Positions 52,767 to 64,000 of a stretch of 64,000 nucleotides of DNA are shown here, piece by piece. This DNA is from Eukaryota sp. GEM-RC1 (lineage: Eukaryota), in assembly GCA_040285855.1 (NCBI GenBank), contig JAUFOQ010000001.1, positions 248,001 to 312,000 of the forward strand. Direction: 5' to 3'. The first letter of the stretch is position 1. Each line of letters begins with the position of its first letter. Under the pieces are notes generated by a model that saw only the letters and a list, made by a program, of their open reading frames with translations, did not search any database and was not told where the DNA came from. The position numbers and the translations under genes were made by a program.

Positions 52767-54958
52767 CTATTCTGATCTATTTAATCTTGCGGTCTGTTGT
52801 CGACTTGCCTCAATTTGATCATCAGTCAACACTCCTGGTCTTTGATCAATGGTAACCGACTGAGTTTCTCCATCAGCTTCAGCAGTCACCCGTAAGATGT
52901 TATTGTTGTTAATAGCAAAAGTAATAAAGACCTGATTCTGGCCAGCTGGACGAGGTTCAATTGGAACACTGAATTGACCAAGTAGACTGTTCTCTGCAGC
53001 CAATTCGCTCTCACCTTCCAAAACCTTAACTGAAACCCTTTTCTGGTTGTCTTCGAGATTCACAAATTTTTTAGTATTTGAATAAGGAATTTGAGTCCTT
53101 CGTGAAATCAAGGGATAACATCTTTCAGTTTCCTGTCCAGAAGCCCCAGAGCTTTTGGCTAAAGTGTCAAAGGCTTCTCTAAGAGAAATACTATCAGAGG
53201 GTGAGAGATGTTGACCATGTCCAATCTGTGATAAATTTCGTAGTCGTTCAAAAGATTCTGATTCTTGACCAGAAAAACCAATGGTATGTAATTCCGCGTC
53301 TGTTTGCCCATCAAAGTAGTTTGTCACGAGATTTACAACAGCATCTGGACGGTTTCCATCTTGCCCATCAGACAACATGACAAACAATGGAGTTAGAGTA
53401 TCTGAGGAATGGCTACCAGCGAGTGTAAAGGCTGCATCCAATGCAGCATGATAGTCAGTTCGGCCGATTGGTGTAATGGAATTCAATCGCTCTCTAAGTT
53501 CTTCAACATCATTAACTGAAGCAGTGTCAACAACTACAGAAGCTTCGTCATTGAAAGCAATCACAGAAATCAAATCAGTTGGAGATTCATTTGCTCTTCG
53601 TGCAATGAAATTCATAGCATTTTCAACAACAGCACCTAATCTGTTCTGTTGGCAAACCCATTCAGCACTAGGAATGACATCGATGGAACTCATGCTGTAA
53701 GATCTGTCAATTACCAGATAAGTATGGAACCTATTAGATTTGAGAACACAGTCAGTTCCAAATGAATGAGGAGTGATTGCATGGACTGAAGCAGTTCCAA
53801 TAAGTGAAGCTCCTCGTGCCACAATTTCGTCCACCTCCAAACTTCCATCGACCTTCTCAAAACCGAACATTTGATGCAACATGTGGCGGACTTTCAAGAT
53901 TCTTGTAGAACCTCCAACGAGTAGAACTTGTTCGATATCTTCCACAGTTAGATCATTTCTAGAGAGCAACTGTTCAACTTGCGAAATGCATTGGTCAAAT
54001 TTTTCAGCACACATTTCTTCAAAATCTTCTCGATTAACGGTTTTTTGAAACATTTCATCACCTATGGCCAGTTGGATACTAAAAAAATCTTCAGCGTCCA
54101 GCATTTCTTTACCTAAGACACATTTTTTCTTAAGTGCACTTGTAAAGGAAATGTTATCGCCAATATCTTCACCAAATTCCTGAATGGCACACAAAAGACA
54201 ATCTTGATACAGAAGATCATCAAAGTTTGAACCACCAAGATTAGCATCGCCATCAGTGTCAATTACATCATGGGACTGTTGTTCACCAGCTTTGATTATC
54301 GTAATGTCAAAAGTACCTCCACCAAGATCAAAAACAAGAAAGAGCTTGCCAATAATATCTAAGTCTGGATTAGCGTGAAAATATGCCAAAGCCGCAGCAA
54401 TCGGTTCTTCCAAAACTCTGATAACATTGAGCCCAGCAAGATCGCCAGCTGCCTGACGTGTAGCGAGTTTTTGACTGTCATTGAAGTAAGCTGGTACGGT
54501 AACAACAGTATCAATTTGACCCGGGTCAAGACCAAATTGGTTTTGGGCATAAGTTTTGATTCTCTTTAGAATTTCAGCACTCAGACTTTGAGGAGTAAAC
54601 AACTCATTATTGAGATTAACAACAGCCAATTCACTGGAGGGGTCCTGTTGAACTGTGAAAGGAAAGCTCCTGAAGTCATTGAGATCGATTTCAGAAAAGG
54701 GTCGTCCTATCAACCGTTTAAACTCTCGAGCAACAGCAGGTGCTCGTCTTGGAAAATCGTCAATGAGAGTCAACGCTGGTGCACCACAAATTAGTCCCCT
54801 TTCGGCACAAGCTACAGCGGATGGCATGGTGCGCTGATTTTGCAAGAATACAAGAACAGGTCTTGAGTTAGATGAAAAACGTGCACATACATTTCATTAT
54901 GCCCGCATAGGAAACCACAACTGTTAGTAGTTCCTAAATCGATACCAAGTGTGGGCAT
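52767..54958 (-). CDS. Hsp70 family protein with a VWA domain inserted in the substrate-binding domain, ~720 aa; intron 54862-54890
   Basis: Intact NBD motifs GIDLGTTNS, FKRLIGR, TVPAYF, EPIAAA, DLGGGTFD, LVGGSTRI. After ITPHSFG comes a VWA domain (IDRSYSM, GRTDY, LSDG, LHTIGF; ~53158-53735). SBD-beta then resumes (RRTQIP, DNQ, VLEGE, LLGQF, ILRVTA). No lid and no EEVD. Confidence 0.92.
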
Positions 54959-55687
54959 TGTCGCAAAAAAATGAAACTGAAGATTCCACTCCAACCCAAA
55001 CACTCTCACATTTATTATTGTCTGTACCGTATCACAACCGTCCTTGTCCAAATCTGAGCTAGGCTTGGTTTAACAACTTAACTTTATGATGTTGCGGTGA
55101 TTAGATGTGATTTCTAACATCTTAATCACATTGTCACATACCACAGATTATATATCTGGGATTCTCAACTACATGACGTAGGGTTAAGCTTTATGTTCTT
55201 TCTCAAAGCCATACTGATGTAGGAAGATGACGGCTAGCTTACTACTCCTTCTTCATTTCTATGAGACTTTACCATTGTCTTCTTTCAGCAAGGTATTGTT
55301 ACTGAAATACATCGGTTCCTTCCCCTTTCTCTTTTCTTCCTCAAAAAAGCAATTCCGATCATGCTGGTTTCGTTTTGAATGTACACAGAGGCATTTGGGT
55401 CTCTAGTAAGTTTGTGTTTTATTAGAAAGCACTTGACCTGAATAGAACACTTTCTCCCTATAAACACTTTATATGTCTGTTGTCCTGACCGGGAAAGTAT
55501 GAAATGTCCGTGATATCCACATCACCTGACATATGAAAGGAAGTAGGACAGCAGTGTTGAAGTTACATAATATACCCCTTCCTTTGTTTTCTACAAGTGT
55601 TTGTTGCAACAGAATTGCTTGTCAAATGATGTTTGCAAAGTTTTTGAGTGGAATGGCTTATTTCAACAAACACAAATTTAACGAAGT

Positions 55688-57648
55688 TTATACTCCACAA
55701 CAACAAAATAGTCTGCGAAGCAACGAATGACGAGGAATCGGACTGTTTATGCCCAAGTCTATATCTGATATATCTTTAAGTGGTGGGACTACATCTGAGT
55801 CACTGTCATCAACAACAGTTGGATCCACAGCAATGTTCTGTGGACTCGCAATGTCTAATTCCAGATCAAATATATAGTCCAGGCCTAACACATACGCCAG
55901 GTCAATTCTTTCTGGATCTACAACAACTGGTGGCTCTACATACAACCTACCGACATTGTTCCGAGCCTGGCTCCTAAGATCCTCTCGAACATGGTCATTT
56001 TCAATAACTGAAAGGGAATTTCTGATAAATCCATCACCTGTAAGTTGAATTTTAGCATAAAGGTTGATTACATTGGGATCAGTTGAGTTACTGATTGTAG
56101 ACAATAATCGGCAACGAAAGAGCTCAGAAATAGGTGAATCAATGTTCAAAAATCGTTCACTGATGTCAAGAATCTGACCAACAGCAGCAACTTGTGAATC
56201 GATAAACTCAGCATGGTGATTGATCCAGTAATTCCACTTCTCCATACGTACGCTGTTCTTTTGCTGAAGGAGATGGAGGACTGAAGGAAAACGACCAGGG
56301 TGCAGTTCCTGCTTTTTCAGTAAGATAACGATTCGCTTCAGTTGCAATATCAGGTCGATAAATATTGAACCATAGAAAGACATCAATGGTTTGGAAATAT
56401 TCATTTGAGTCAATTAAGAATTGAACTTGTTGTGCTGTTTCAGAGTTACTTAACTCAACCAAGTTTCTCGCCAAGTCAAATCTTCCAACGCATAAATACA
56501 CTTTCATAGACAAATCAATGCAGCTAGTTTTTGTGTTGGGATTCAAGTAATTTAAATAAGCACATCCTTCTTTAGCAAAGAGAAAAGCTTCCATGAACAT
56601 CTTGCGTTTGAAAAAGATTTCAGCAACATTGAAGAGGTTGTATGTATGTCTTATTTGAGGTGTAACAACAACGCCATCATTTGTTGTAATCAAGGCAAAT
56701 GGACAACCAAGTTCAGCTGCGGCTCTACACATAGAGGGTCTATTAACTCCATCCAAGATACATTTGCCCAAAATATACTTGACAGTTGAGTGGTCCGGTA
56801 AGATATCAGACATAAAATGAACGACATTTTTAAATGAAGTATGAAGAGCCGATTGAAGTAAGATGTCTTGGAGGTTGGTGGAATTTGGAGGGCGACGTGT
56901 AAGAATTCTGTTATTAATGTCAGCACGCATTTTCTTCAATGTGGCAGGAACATCATTAGTTGTTAAATGACACCTTTCACACAGTAAAACCAGCCAAACG
57001 GCACTGTCGGTGATTTCTTGTTGTCCATAATTGGGAATTACTCGATCTCGCAAAACCTGGATACGATGGTTGACAAAGGATGTAAAGTGTTTTTCAGCTT
57101 TGTAGTAAACGACTTCAACAGGCAGACTGTTTTCATAAACAGAATCTAACTCAGGGAATTCTACCGGAACTGGGAGCAGTCGACGAATTCTCCTCAGGAA
57201 TTGTGTTGCAGTATCAGTATCACGTACAAAGTACGGAAAGTGGGCGATGATGGACAAACAGAAATAACACTGAGTCAGAGGGTCATCACAATTGCGAATC
57301 AAGGCTTGGTTGTCACAATGATAGGTAGGGAAGGAGCAAAGTTCTTCACAGCGATCAAGAAGTACAGATTCGCGAAAGAACTGACACACAGTGTTGTCAT
57401 CTCCCCTCAAAAACAGCTCTGGAAAGGTGTTTCATTCCGAGACGGCGATCTGGTTGGTTCTGGGCCAATAACAACGTTGCTGCTGGTAAATGTGCTTCTG
57501 GAAGACTCCGTTGGACTGCAAATAGAAGGGCTTCGTGTCTTTCTGCATCGGGTTGTTGGTGATCCTGATATACAGCAAAGCGTTCTCTGGCTTCCTGGAT
57601 TCTCACATCGTTGTCGATGTCAACAACTGGAACAATGGCGATATCCAT
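55688..57648 (-). CDS. Uncharacterised helical (Sel1/TPR-like) protein ending ...LFCCCGV, ~650 aa, with two frameshifts relative to the inverted copy
   Basis: ORFs 57397, 56208 and 55688 join when corrected against 62626-64000 (indels at ~57404 and ~56310); AAAELGCPFA and HLSRAVFQGD resemble Sel1 repeat ends. Confidence 0.7.
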
Positions 57649-57810
57649 ATCTTTCTAACCGATTCCAAATTACGTGGAAATGATTTATAATCATTCTTCA
57701 ATGTTTTGCTATCTCATTTACCGCAATTTTCAGTGAATAGAGGTTACTACTGTTCTTCTGAATTTGAGAGTTATAACAAGCATCAGTTTAATTTGCCAGT
57801 GATTCTTTCG
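56272..57810. repeat. Inverted duplication, left arm (partner 62464 to the right edge)
   Basis: Reverse-complement identity, e.g. cagtgaatagaggttactac vs gtagtaacctctattcactg; same small ORFs on opposite strands. Confidence 0.95.
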
Positions 57811-58284
57811 ATTCCGCAACCAATTCAGGAACTTACCTGAACCGTTAGACGGTTGTCTATTTATACTCATACTACAGTAGAAGAAGACAATATATGTTGT
57901 GAAGGTCAATAGGTTTTGTGAATCAAGAAGATACACAAACGCAGTACTAAACAATTCTTTGGATCAGCGTTTGTTTAAAGAGTAGGGAAAGCCAAGAACT
58001 ACGTTAAAAGCGAGTCGTGAGCTACCTGAATGTTGTATTGTACTAAGATTGAGAATGTCATCAATTTTGTCAGTCAGGGACAAACAGAACGTACTAGAAA
58101 AATATTTACAGGGGTATCAACGATTAGTCAGTATCTAATAGACACCGCACTACATCATCACAAAAAACCAAACACCAAGAAGAAAAACTTAGTACAATAG
58201 TAAGAATAGAAGGATGTCGTAGGTGAGAAATGCTCGAAAACTATACACAATAGATTTATATTATAAGTAGACACTTGCTTTGAA

Positions 58285-61200
58285 TTAGTTTGAAAACTGG
58301 TGTAAAATCATCTTATCGTCATCAATCAGTACATCGTCCAACTGATTACTACCTTCCTCATAATTAAAGGTGATGGAATATGTTCCTTTAGGTAACACCA
58401 TACTGAAAAATCCTTCAACATTGGTTGTGGTCTGTACATAATCAGTATCAACTTCAACACTGTCCAATACATTGCCTTCATTATCAATCACAAAGCCACT
58501 GAATAGGAAAGAGATCGGAGTGAGTGTGAAATTATGAAGATTAGTGGAAGTAGCACCATCAATAGTCAATAAAACTTGTTTAGATTCATAATCCACATAG
58601 TAAAGGGTCAATTGGTGTTGTCCATAAGGCACGCTGAGTAACTCAAAATCCCCATCATCATTTGTTACATCGTAAACAACATTACCCAGACTGACCTCAA
58701 CACCACTGAAACGATTACCATCAGAGTCCAATACTCGACCATAGAGATCCATTGTTTTCAGGTACATTTCAGCTTTGTAAGTAGAAAACCCTGAAACCAC
58801 AATATCAAAAACAACGATATTATACTCGTCTGCTTGAACTTCTACTTCATAAGATCCTAAAAACACGTCTTCGAATTCAACAACACCTTTCCTATTAGTA
58901 ACCAATTCTTGAACAATATCATTAGATTGTTTCAGTTTCACAGAAGCACCAGATAGCAAGGTCATTGAAGTATTATCATAAACATAAACTTTTACGACAA
59001 ATGGTTTGGAATCGAGATAGATATTTTCAAGAATTACATCTGACCTCAATTCTACTGTTTGTTCAAAAATGTCATAATCAGAATGGGAAAACGTTAAAGT
59101 ATAATTATCCTGACGTAATTGTGGGAAGTTAAACTGCCCTTCATCATTAGTAAAAGTAGAAAATACAGTTTCATCAATAGCTACTGATACATCATTAACT
59201 TTGGATTCTTGGTAATAAATTGTTCCAGAAAGTGAAAAAAAGAATGGATCTAGAGCAATATCCAGGGTCACGTCATCATTAATTAGAATATTGGAATTAA
59301 CAGTAAAATAACCATCTTTTTCTACAATAATTGTATAATCTCCAATAGATAGATCATTGAACAATGAAATTCCACGATCATCAGTGATGATGACGTTTAC
59401 AAGAGAACCCTCAGATGACTCAAGAAGTACAGAAGTGTCCCTCAAGTATTGGTCAGATTCACTATCAAAAACAACAATTTTTAAATTGAATATTTTTGAT
59501 TCCAGTTCAAATATTCCAAGATTGTCATCATTAGAAACAGATATAGAAACTTCTTTTGTCTGATATAAATCATGAGTAAAAACCAGGGTGTAAGTTCCAT
59601 TACGAATATCAGAAAATTGGAAAACTCCATGATGATCGGAAGTGGTAGTGACAGTGGAAAATTTGATAGTGACTGTAACATCATCAATTTCTTCTGATTG
59701 ATGGACAACAGATCCAGAGATTTGATAGAGCTCCGGTTCTAACGTGACATATACTTTGATAGAACCATTAACTAAAACGGCATTAGAATAAGTGTGAAAG
59801 CCCAACACTTCAACTGCTACTTCATAAGATCCTAAAAACACGTCTTCGAATTCAACAACACCTTTCCTATTAGTAACCAATTCCTGAACAATATCATTAG
59901 ATTGTTTCAGTTTCACAGAAGCACCAGATAGCAAGGTCATTGAAGTATTATCATAAACATAAACTTTTACGACAAATGGTTTGGAATCGAGATAGATATT
60001 TTCAAGAATTACATCTGACCTCAATTCTACAGCTTGTTCAAAAGTTTCATAATCAGAATGGGAAAAAGTTAAAGTATAATTATCCTGACGTAATTGTGGG
60101 AAGTTAAACTGCCCTTCATCATTAGTAAAAGTAGAAAATACAGTTTCATCAATAGCTACTGATACATCATTGACTTTGGATTCTTGGTAATAAATTGTTC
60201 CAGAAAGTGAAAAAAAGAATGGATCTAGAGCAATATCCAGGGTCACGTCATCATTAATTAGAATATTGGAATTAACAGGAAAATAACCATCTTTTTCTAC
60301 AATAAATGTATAATCTCCAATAGATAGATCATTGAACAATGAAATTCCACGATCATCAGTGGTGATGACGTTTACAAGAGAACCCTCAGCTGACTCAAGA
60401 AGTACAGAAGTTTTTTCAAGAACTTGTCAGATTCACTGTCAAAAACAACAATTTTTAAATTGAATAGTTTTGATTCCAGTTCAAATATTCCAAGATTGTC
60501 ATCATTAGAAACAGATATAGAAACCTCTTTTGTCTGATACAAATCATGAGTAAATACCAAGGTGTAAGTTCCATAACGAATATCAGAAAATTGGAAAACT
60601 CCGTGATGATCGGAAGTGGTGGCGACAGTGGAAAATTTGATAGTGACTGTAACGTCATCAATTGCTTCTGATTGATGGACAAAAGATCCAGAGATTTGAT
60701 AGAGTTCCGGTTCTAAAACAATCTGAATCATAGTACCAGACGAAGGATCTAAAGAAATCAATTCATCAATGAAACCAACTTTCGATAGACGTAATTCGTA
60801 CAATACCAGCATTAAATCAAACTCAACTCTTCCCACATCATTTTGAAAACGAAGAGTCAACCTCGACACCATCAAGAAAGATTGTAGCATTAACATTAGA
60901 GAGAAGAACTGCAGAGAGTGAATCAGAAATGATACAGATAACAGTTTCAAATATAGGTTCAAGTAATACTTCAAAAGCTTCTGTTTCTCCTTCAATTACT
61001 TCAAGTGTGTAGAAAGTAGTGTTAAATCGTCTATGAGAGATCTCAAGAATAATAAAAGACTTCAACCTGAGATTACTTAAGGTAAAAACACCGTCACTAT
61101 CAGTAATGACTGATTGATCAACCACCTTGACTCTTGCTCCTTCAATAGGTGAATTGTCATTGGATAAGACCTGACCAGTCCTTGAGACCAAGACAGGATC

Positions 61201-62396
61201 CAACGAAGTAACAATAGTTAAAGGAGGGAGACCAAGATCAACAAGGATGGTTTTGTTAAAATACAAATGATGAGACAACTCAAATTCATACAAATCAAGC
61301 CGTAAGTTATCAAACACCAGTAACCCATTTTCATTAGGAGTACTACTAGACAAGGAGGTGTTGACGTCAGCAGAACCATACATCAAAGGAACATTAGATA
61401 GACTATCATGAATAGAGATAACTACTTGGCTGGTCAAATGAGTCAGCTTAAGTGATTGTGGAGTTGTGGAGCCATGGTTAACGACTGTGGTGATGTTGTG
61501 ATACAGAGGATGGTAAAGAGAAAGAAAATAGAGTCCAGGTCTTAAGTTGGAAAACAAAACTTCTCCATTTAGTGATGACGTGGAAAAGACATCAAATGAC
61601 TCTAAAACTACAACAACATCACCGAGTGGTAAACCAAATTCCTTGTCAAGCACAATGATATTGAGATTGTGTGTGTATCTAGAGAGAGCAAATGGTAAGA
61701 TACCATCAAAAGAAGATAGACCAAACGATTCTGTCATTGAATGATATCCTAGAAGATCAAGAGTAATAGAGTAAGAACCAGACCAAAGACCAATGGTAAA
61801 TACTCCTTGACTGTTGGTGACTACTGTTTCTTTGGACTGTGGAGTTGTTAGAGTGACCTTCACTTCCTTCAAGAGTTGTCCTGTCACGTCATCAGAAACA
61901 ATGCCTGAGTATTGGTAAAACATTGGATCGAGATTGACTAAGAGATGGTTATCGTCCTTGTTGAGATGTCCGATTTGTTGAGTGTGGTTGTAGTAGGTTG
62001 AATGCGTAAGCGATAGACGAAGGAGACCGACTTTGACCTTTGGAAAGGAGAAAGATCCTTCAGAATCAGTGAGTGTTTGAAGTGAGAGTTCTCCATCGAG
62101 GAGAAGAAGGACAGAGACGGAGGGTACAGGAAGATCGCTTCGACTATCAACTACCTTGCCAACTAGATCAGCGGAAGGAGTATGAGCAGCAACAAAGATA
62201 ACAACTAGAAGAGTAAACGATAATATCCACAGACAAATCTCTAAAGGTGAACTAACAGAACTAGAAACAAACTCAAATAGGATGGCCGAAACTTTGGATG
62301 AAAGTCAACTTTTACATCAATGGGGTCGACACCCAGCTGATATTTACGCTTTATATGCTCCAAAAAAAGAATTGGTTGCGGAGTTTCAGGATGCAT
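58285..62396 (-). CDS. Type II membrane protein with tandem carboxypeptidase-regulatory/PEGA-like beta-sandwich repeats (adhesin-like), ~1360 aa; intron 62241-62272; frameshifts at ~60843 and ~60413
   Basis: Spliced N-terminus MHPETP...KICLWILSFTLLVVIFVAA (single TM); repeated G.V.D...L..V.V....T...G.F.F..L..G.Y.L.....Y motif; many N-X-S/T sequons. Confidence 0.78.
58842..60717. repeat. Intragenic tandem duplication, period 975 bp (325 codons)
   Basis: 58842-59742 is nearly identical to 59817-60717. Confidence 0.93.
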
Positions 62397-62625
62397 TGCA
62401 ATCGATTCGAAATTTGGATTTTGAATTCAAACAAAATAGCTTTACTGAATCAAAACAGTCAAACGAAAGAATCACTGGCAAATTAAACTGATGCTTGTTA
62501 TAACTCTCAAATTCAGAAGAACAGTAGTAACCTCTATTCACTGAAAATTGCGGTAAATGAGATAGCAAAACATTGAAGAATGATTATAAATCATTTCCAC
62601 ATAATTTGGAATCGGTTAGTAAGAT

Positions 62626-64000
62626 ATGGATATCGCCAATGCTCCAGTTGTTGACATCGACAACGATGTGAGAATCCAGGAAGCCAGAGAACGCTTTGCT
62701 GTATATCAGGATCACCAACAACCCGATGCAGAAAGACACGAAGCCCTTCTATTTGCAGTCCAACGGAGTCTTCCAGAAGCACATTTACCAGCAGCAACGT
62801 TGTTATTGGCCCAGAACCAACCAGATCGCCGTCTCGGAATGAAACACCTTTCCAGAGCTGTTTTCCAGGGAGATGACAACACGGTGTGTCAGTTCTTTCG
62901 CGAATCTGTAATTCTTGATCGTTGTGAAGAACTTTGCTCCTTCCCTACATATCATTGTGACAAGCAAGCCTTGATTCGCAATTGTGATGACCCACTGACT
63001 CAGTGTTATTTCTGTTTGTCCATCATCGCCCACTTTCCGTACTTTGTACGTGATACTGATACTGCAACACGATTCCTGAGGAGAATTCGTCAACTGCTCC
63101 CAGTTCCGGTAGAATTCCCTGAGTTAGATTCTGTCTATGATAAACGTGTGCCGGATGAAGTCGTTTACAAAGCTGAAAAACACTTTACATCCTTTGTCAA
63201 CCATCGTATCCAGGTTTTGCGAGATCGAGTAATTCCCAATTATGGACAACAAGAAATCACCGACAGTGACGTTTGGCTGGTTTTACTGTGTGAAAGGTGT
63301 CATTTAACAACTAATGATGTTCCTGCCACATTGAAGAAAATGCGTGCTGACATTAATAACAGAATTCTTACACGTCGCCCTCCAAATTCCACCAACCTCC
63401 AAGACATCTTACTTCAATCGGCTCTTCATACTTCATTTAAAAATGTCGTTCATTTTATGTCTGATATCGTACCGGACCACTCAACTGTCAAGTATATTTT
63501 GGGCAAATGTATCTTGGATGGAGTTAATAGACCCTCTATGTGTAGAGCCGCAGCTGAACTTGGTTGTCCATTTGCCTTGATTACAACAAATGATGGCGTT
63601 GTTGTTGCACCTCAAATAAGACATACATACAACCTCTTCAATGTTGCTGAAATCTTTTTCAAACGCAAGATGTTCATGGAAGCTTTTCTCTTTGCTAAAG
63701 AAGGATGTGCTTATTTAAATTACTTGAATCCCAACACAAAAACTAGCTGCATTGATTTGTCTATGAAAGTGTATTTATGCGTTGGAAGATTTGACTTGGC
63801 GAGAAACTTGGTTGAGTTAAGTAACTCTGAAACAGCACAACAAGTTCAATTCTTAATTGACTCAAATGAATATTTCCAAACCATTGATGTCTTTCTATGG
63901 TTCAATATTTATCGACCTGATATTGCAACTGAAGCGAATCGTTATCTTACTGAAAAAGCAAGGGAACTGCACCCTGGTCGTTTTCCTTCAGTCCTCCATC
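62626..64000 (+). CDS. Apparently intact inverted paralogue of the CCCGV-ending protein; runs off the right edge
   Basis: ATG at 62626 (MDIANAPVVD...) reads in frame through both positions that are frameshifted in 55688-57648. It is absent from the ORF track because it has no stop inside the window. Confidence 0.8.
   Translation, partial: MDIANAPVVDIDNDVRIQEARERFAVYQDHQQPDAERHEALLFAVQRSLPEAHLPAATLLLAQNQPDRRLGMKHLSRAVFQGDDNTVCQFFRESVILDRCEELCSFPTYHCDKQALIRNCDDPLTQCYFCLSIIAHFPYFVRDTDTATRFLRRIRQLLPVPVEFPELDSVYDKRVPDEVVYKAEKHFTSFVNHRIQVLRDRVIPNYGQQEITDSDVWLVLLCERCHLTTNDVPATLKKMRADINNRILTRRPPNSTNLQDILLQSALHTSFKNVVHFMSDIVPDHSTVKYILGKCILDGVNRPSMCRAAAELGCPFALITTNDGVVVAPQIRHTYNLFNVAEIFFKRKMFMEAFLFAKEGCAYLNYLNPNTKTSCIDLSMKVYLCVGRFDLARNLVELSNSETAQQVQFLIDSNEYFQTIDVFLWFNIYRPDIATEANRYLTEKARELHPGRFPSVLH

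Larger units (their letters stand above)
48711..56107. repeat. Segmental duplication copy B
   Basis: Direct repeat of 34688-45955 minus the A-specific insertions. Confidence 0.95.

Noticed and set aside
27251..54958. Bacterial contamination or a prokaryotic operon
   Set aside because: The genes contain spliceosomal introns and are interspersed with eukaryotic hAT, pogo and non-LTR elements.

Overview
Eukaryotic, AT-rich (protist-like) genomic DNA. Genes carry very short (28-33 nt) GT-AG spliceosomal introns, and several single-base frameshifts fall in homopolymers, probably long-read assembly errors. Positions 1-11083 are the right end of a 1742-bp tandem array. The rest is a TE-rich, recently duplicated region with one near-intact hAT transposon, several hAT/pogo-type non-autonomous elements, decayed RLE non-LTR fragments, a rearranged direct segmental duplication and an inverted duplication. 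Once introns are removed by hand, the region holds a cluster of non-canonical Hsp70 proteins: (1) a ~1520-aa Hsp70 ATPase domain - TM - H-type lectin repeats - TM - GT2 processive glycosyltransferase fusion; (2) an Hsp70 with a MIDAS-bearing VWA domain inserted into its substrate-binding domain, plus a deleted copy; (3) a degenerate Hsp70 NBD fused to a helical domain. Other genes: an MRH-lectin/PrsW protease fusion, a RING-LRR gene, an MFS transporter, a type II membrane beta-sandwich repeat protein, and a Sel1/TPR-like protein ending in CCCGV. All domain calls come from motif recognition by eye, with no database searches.
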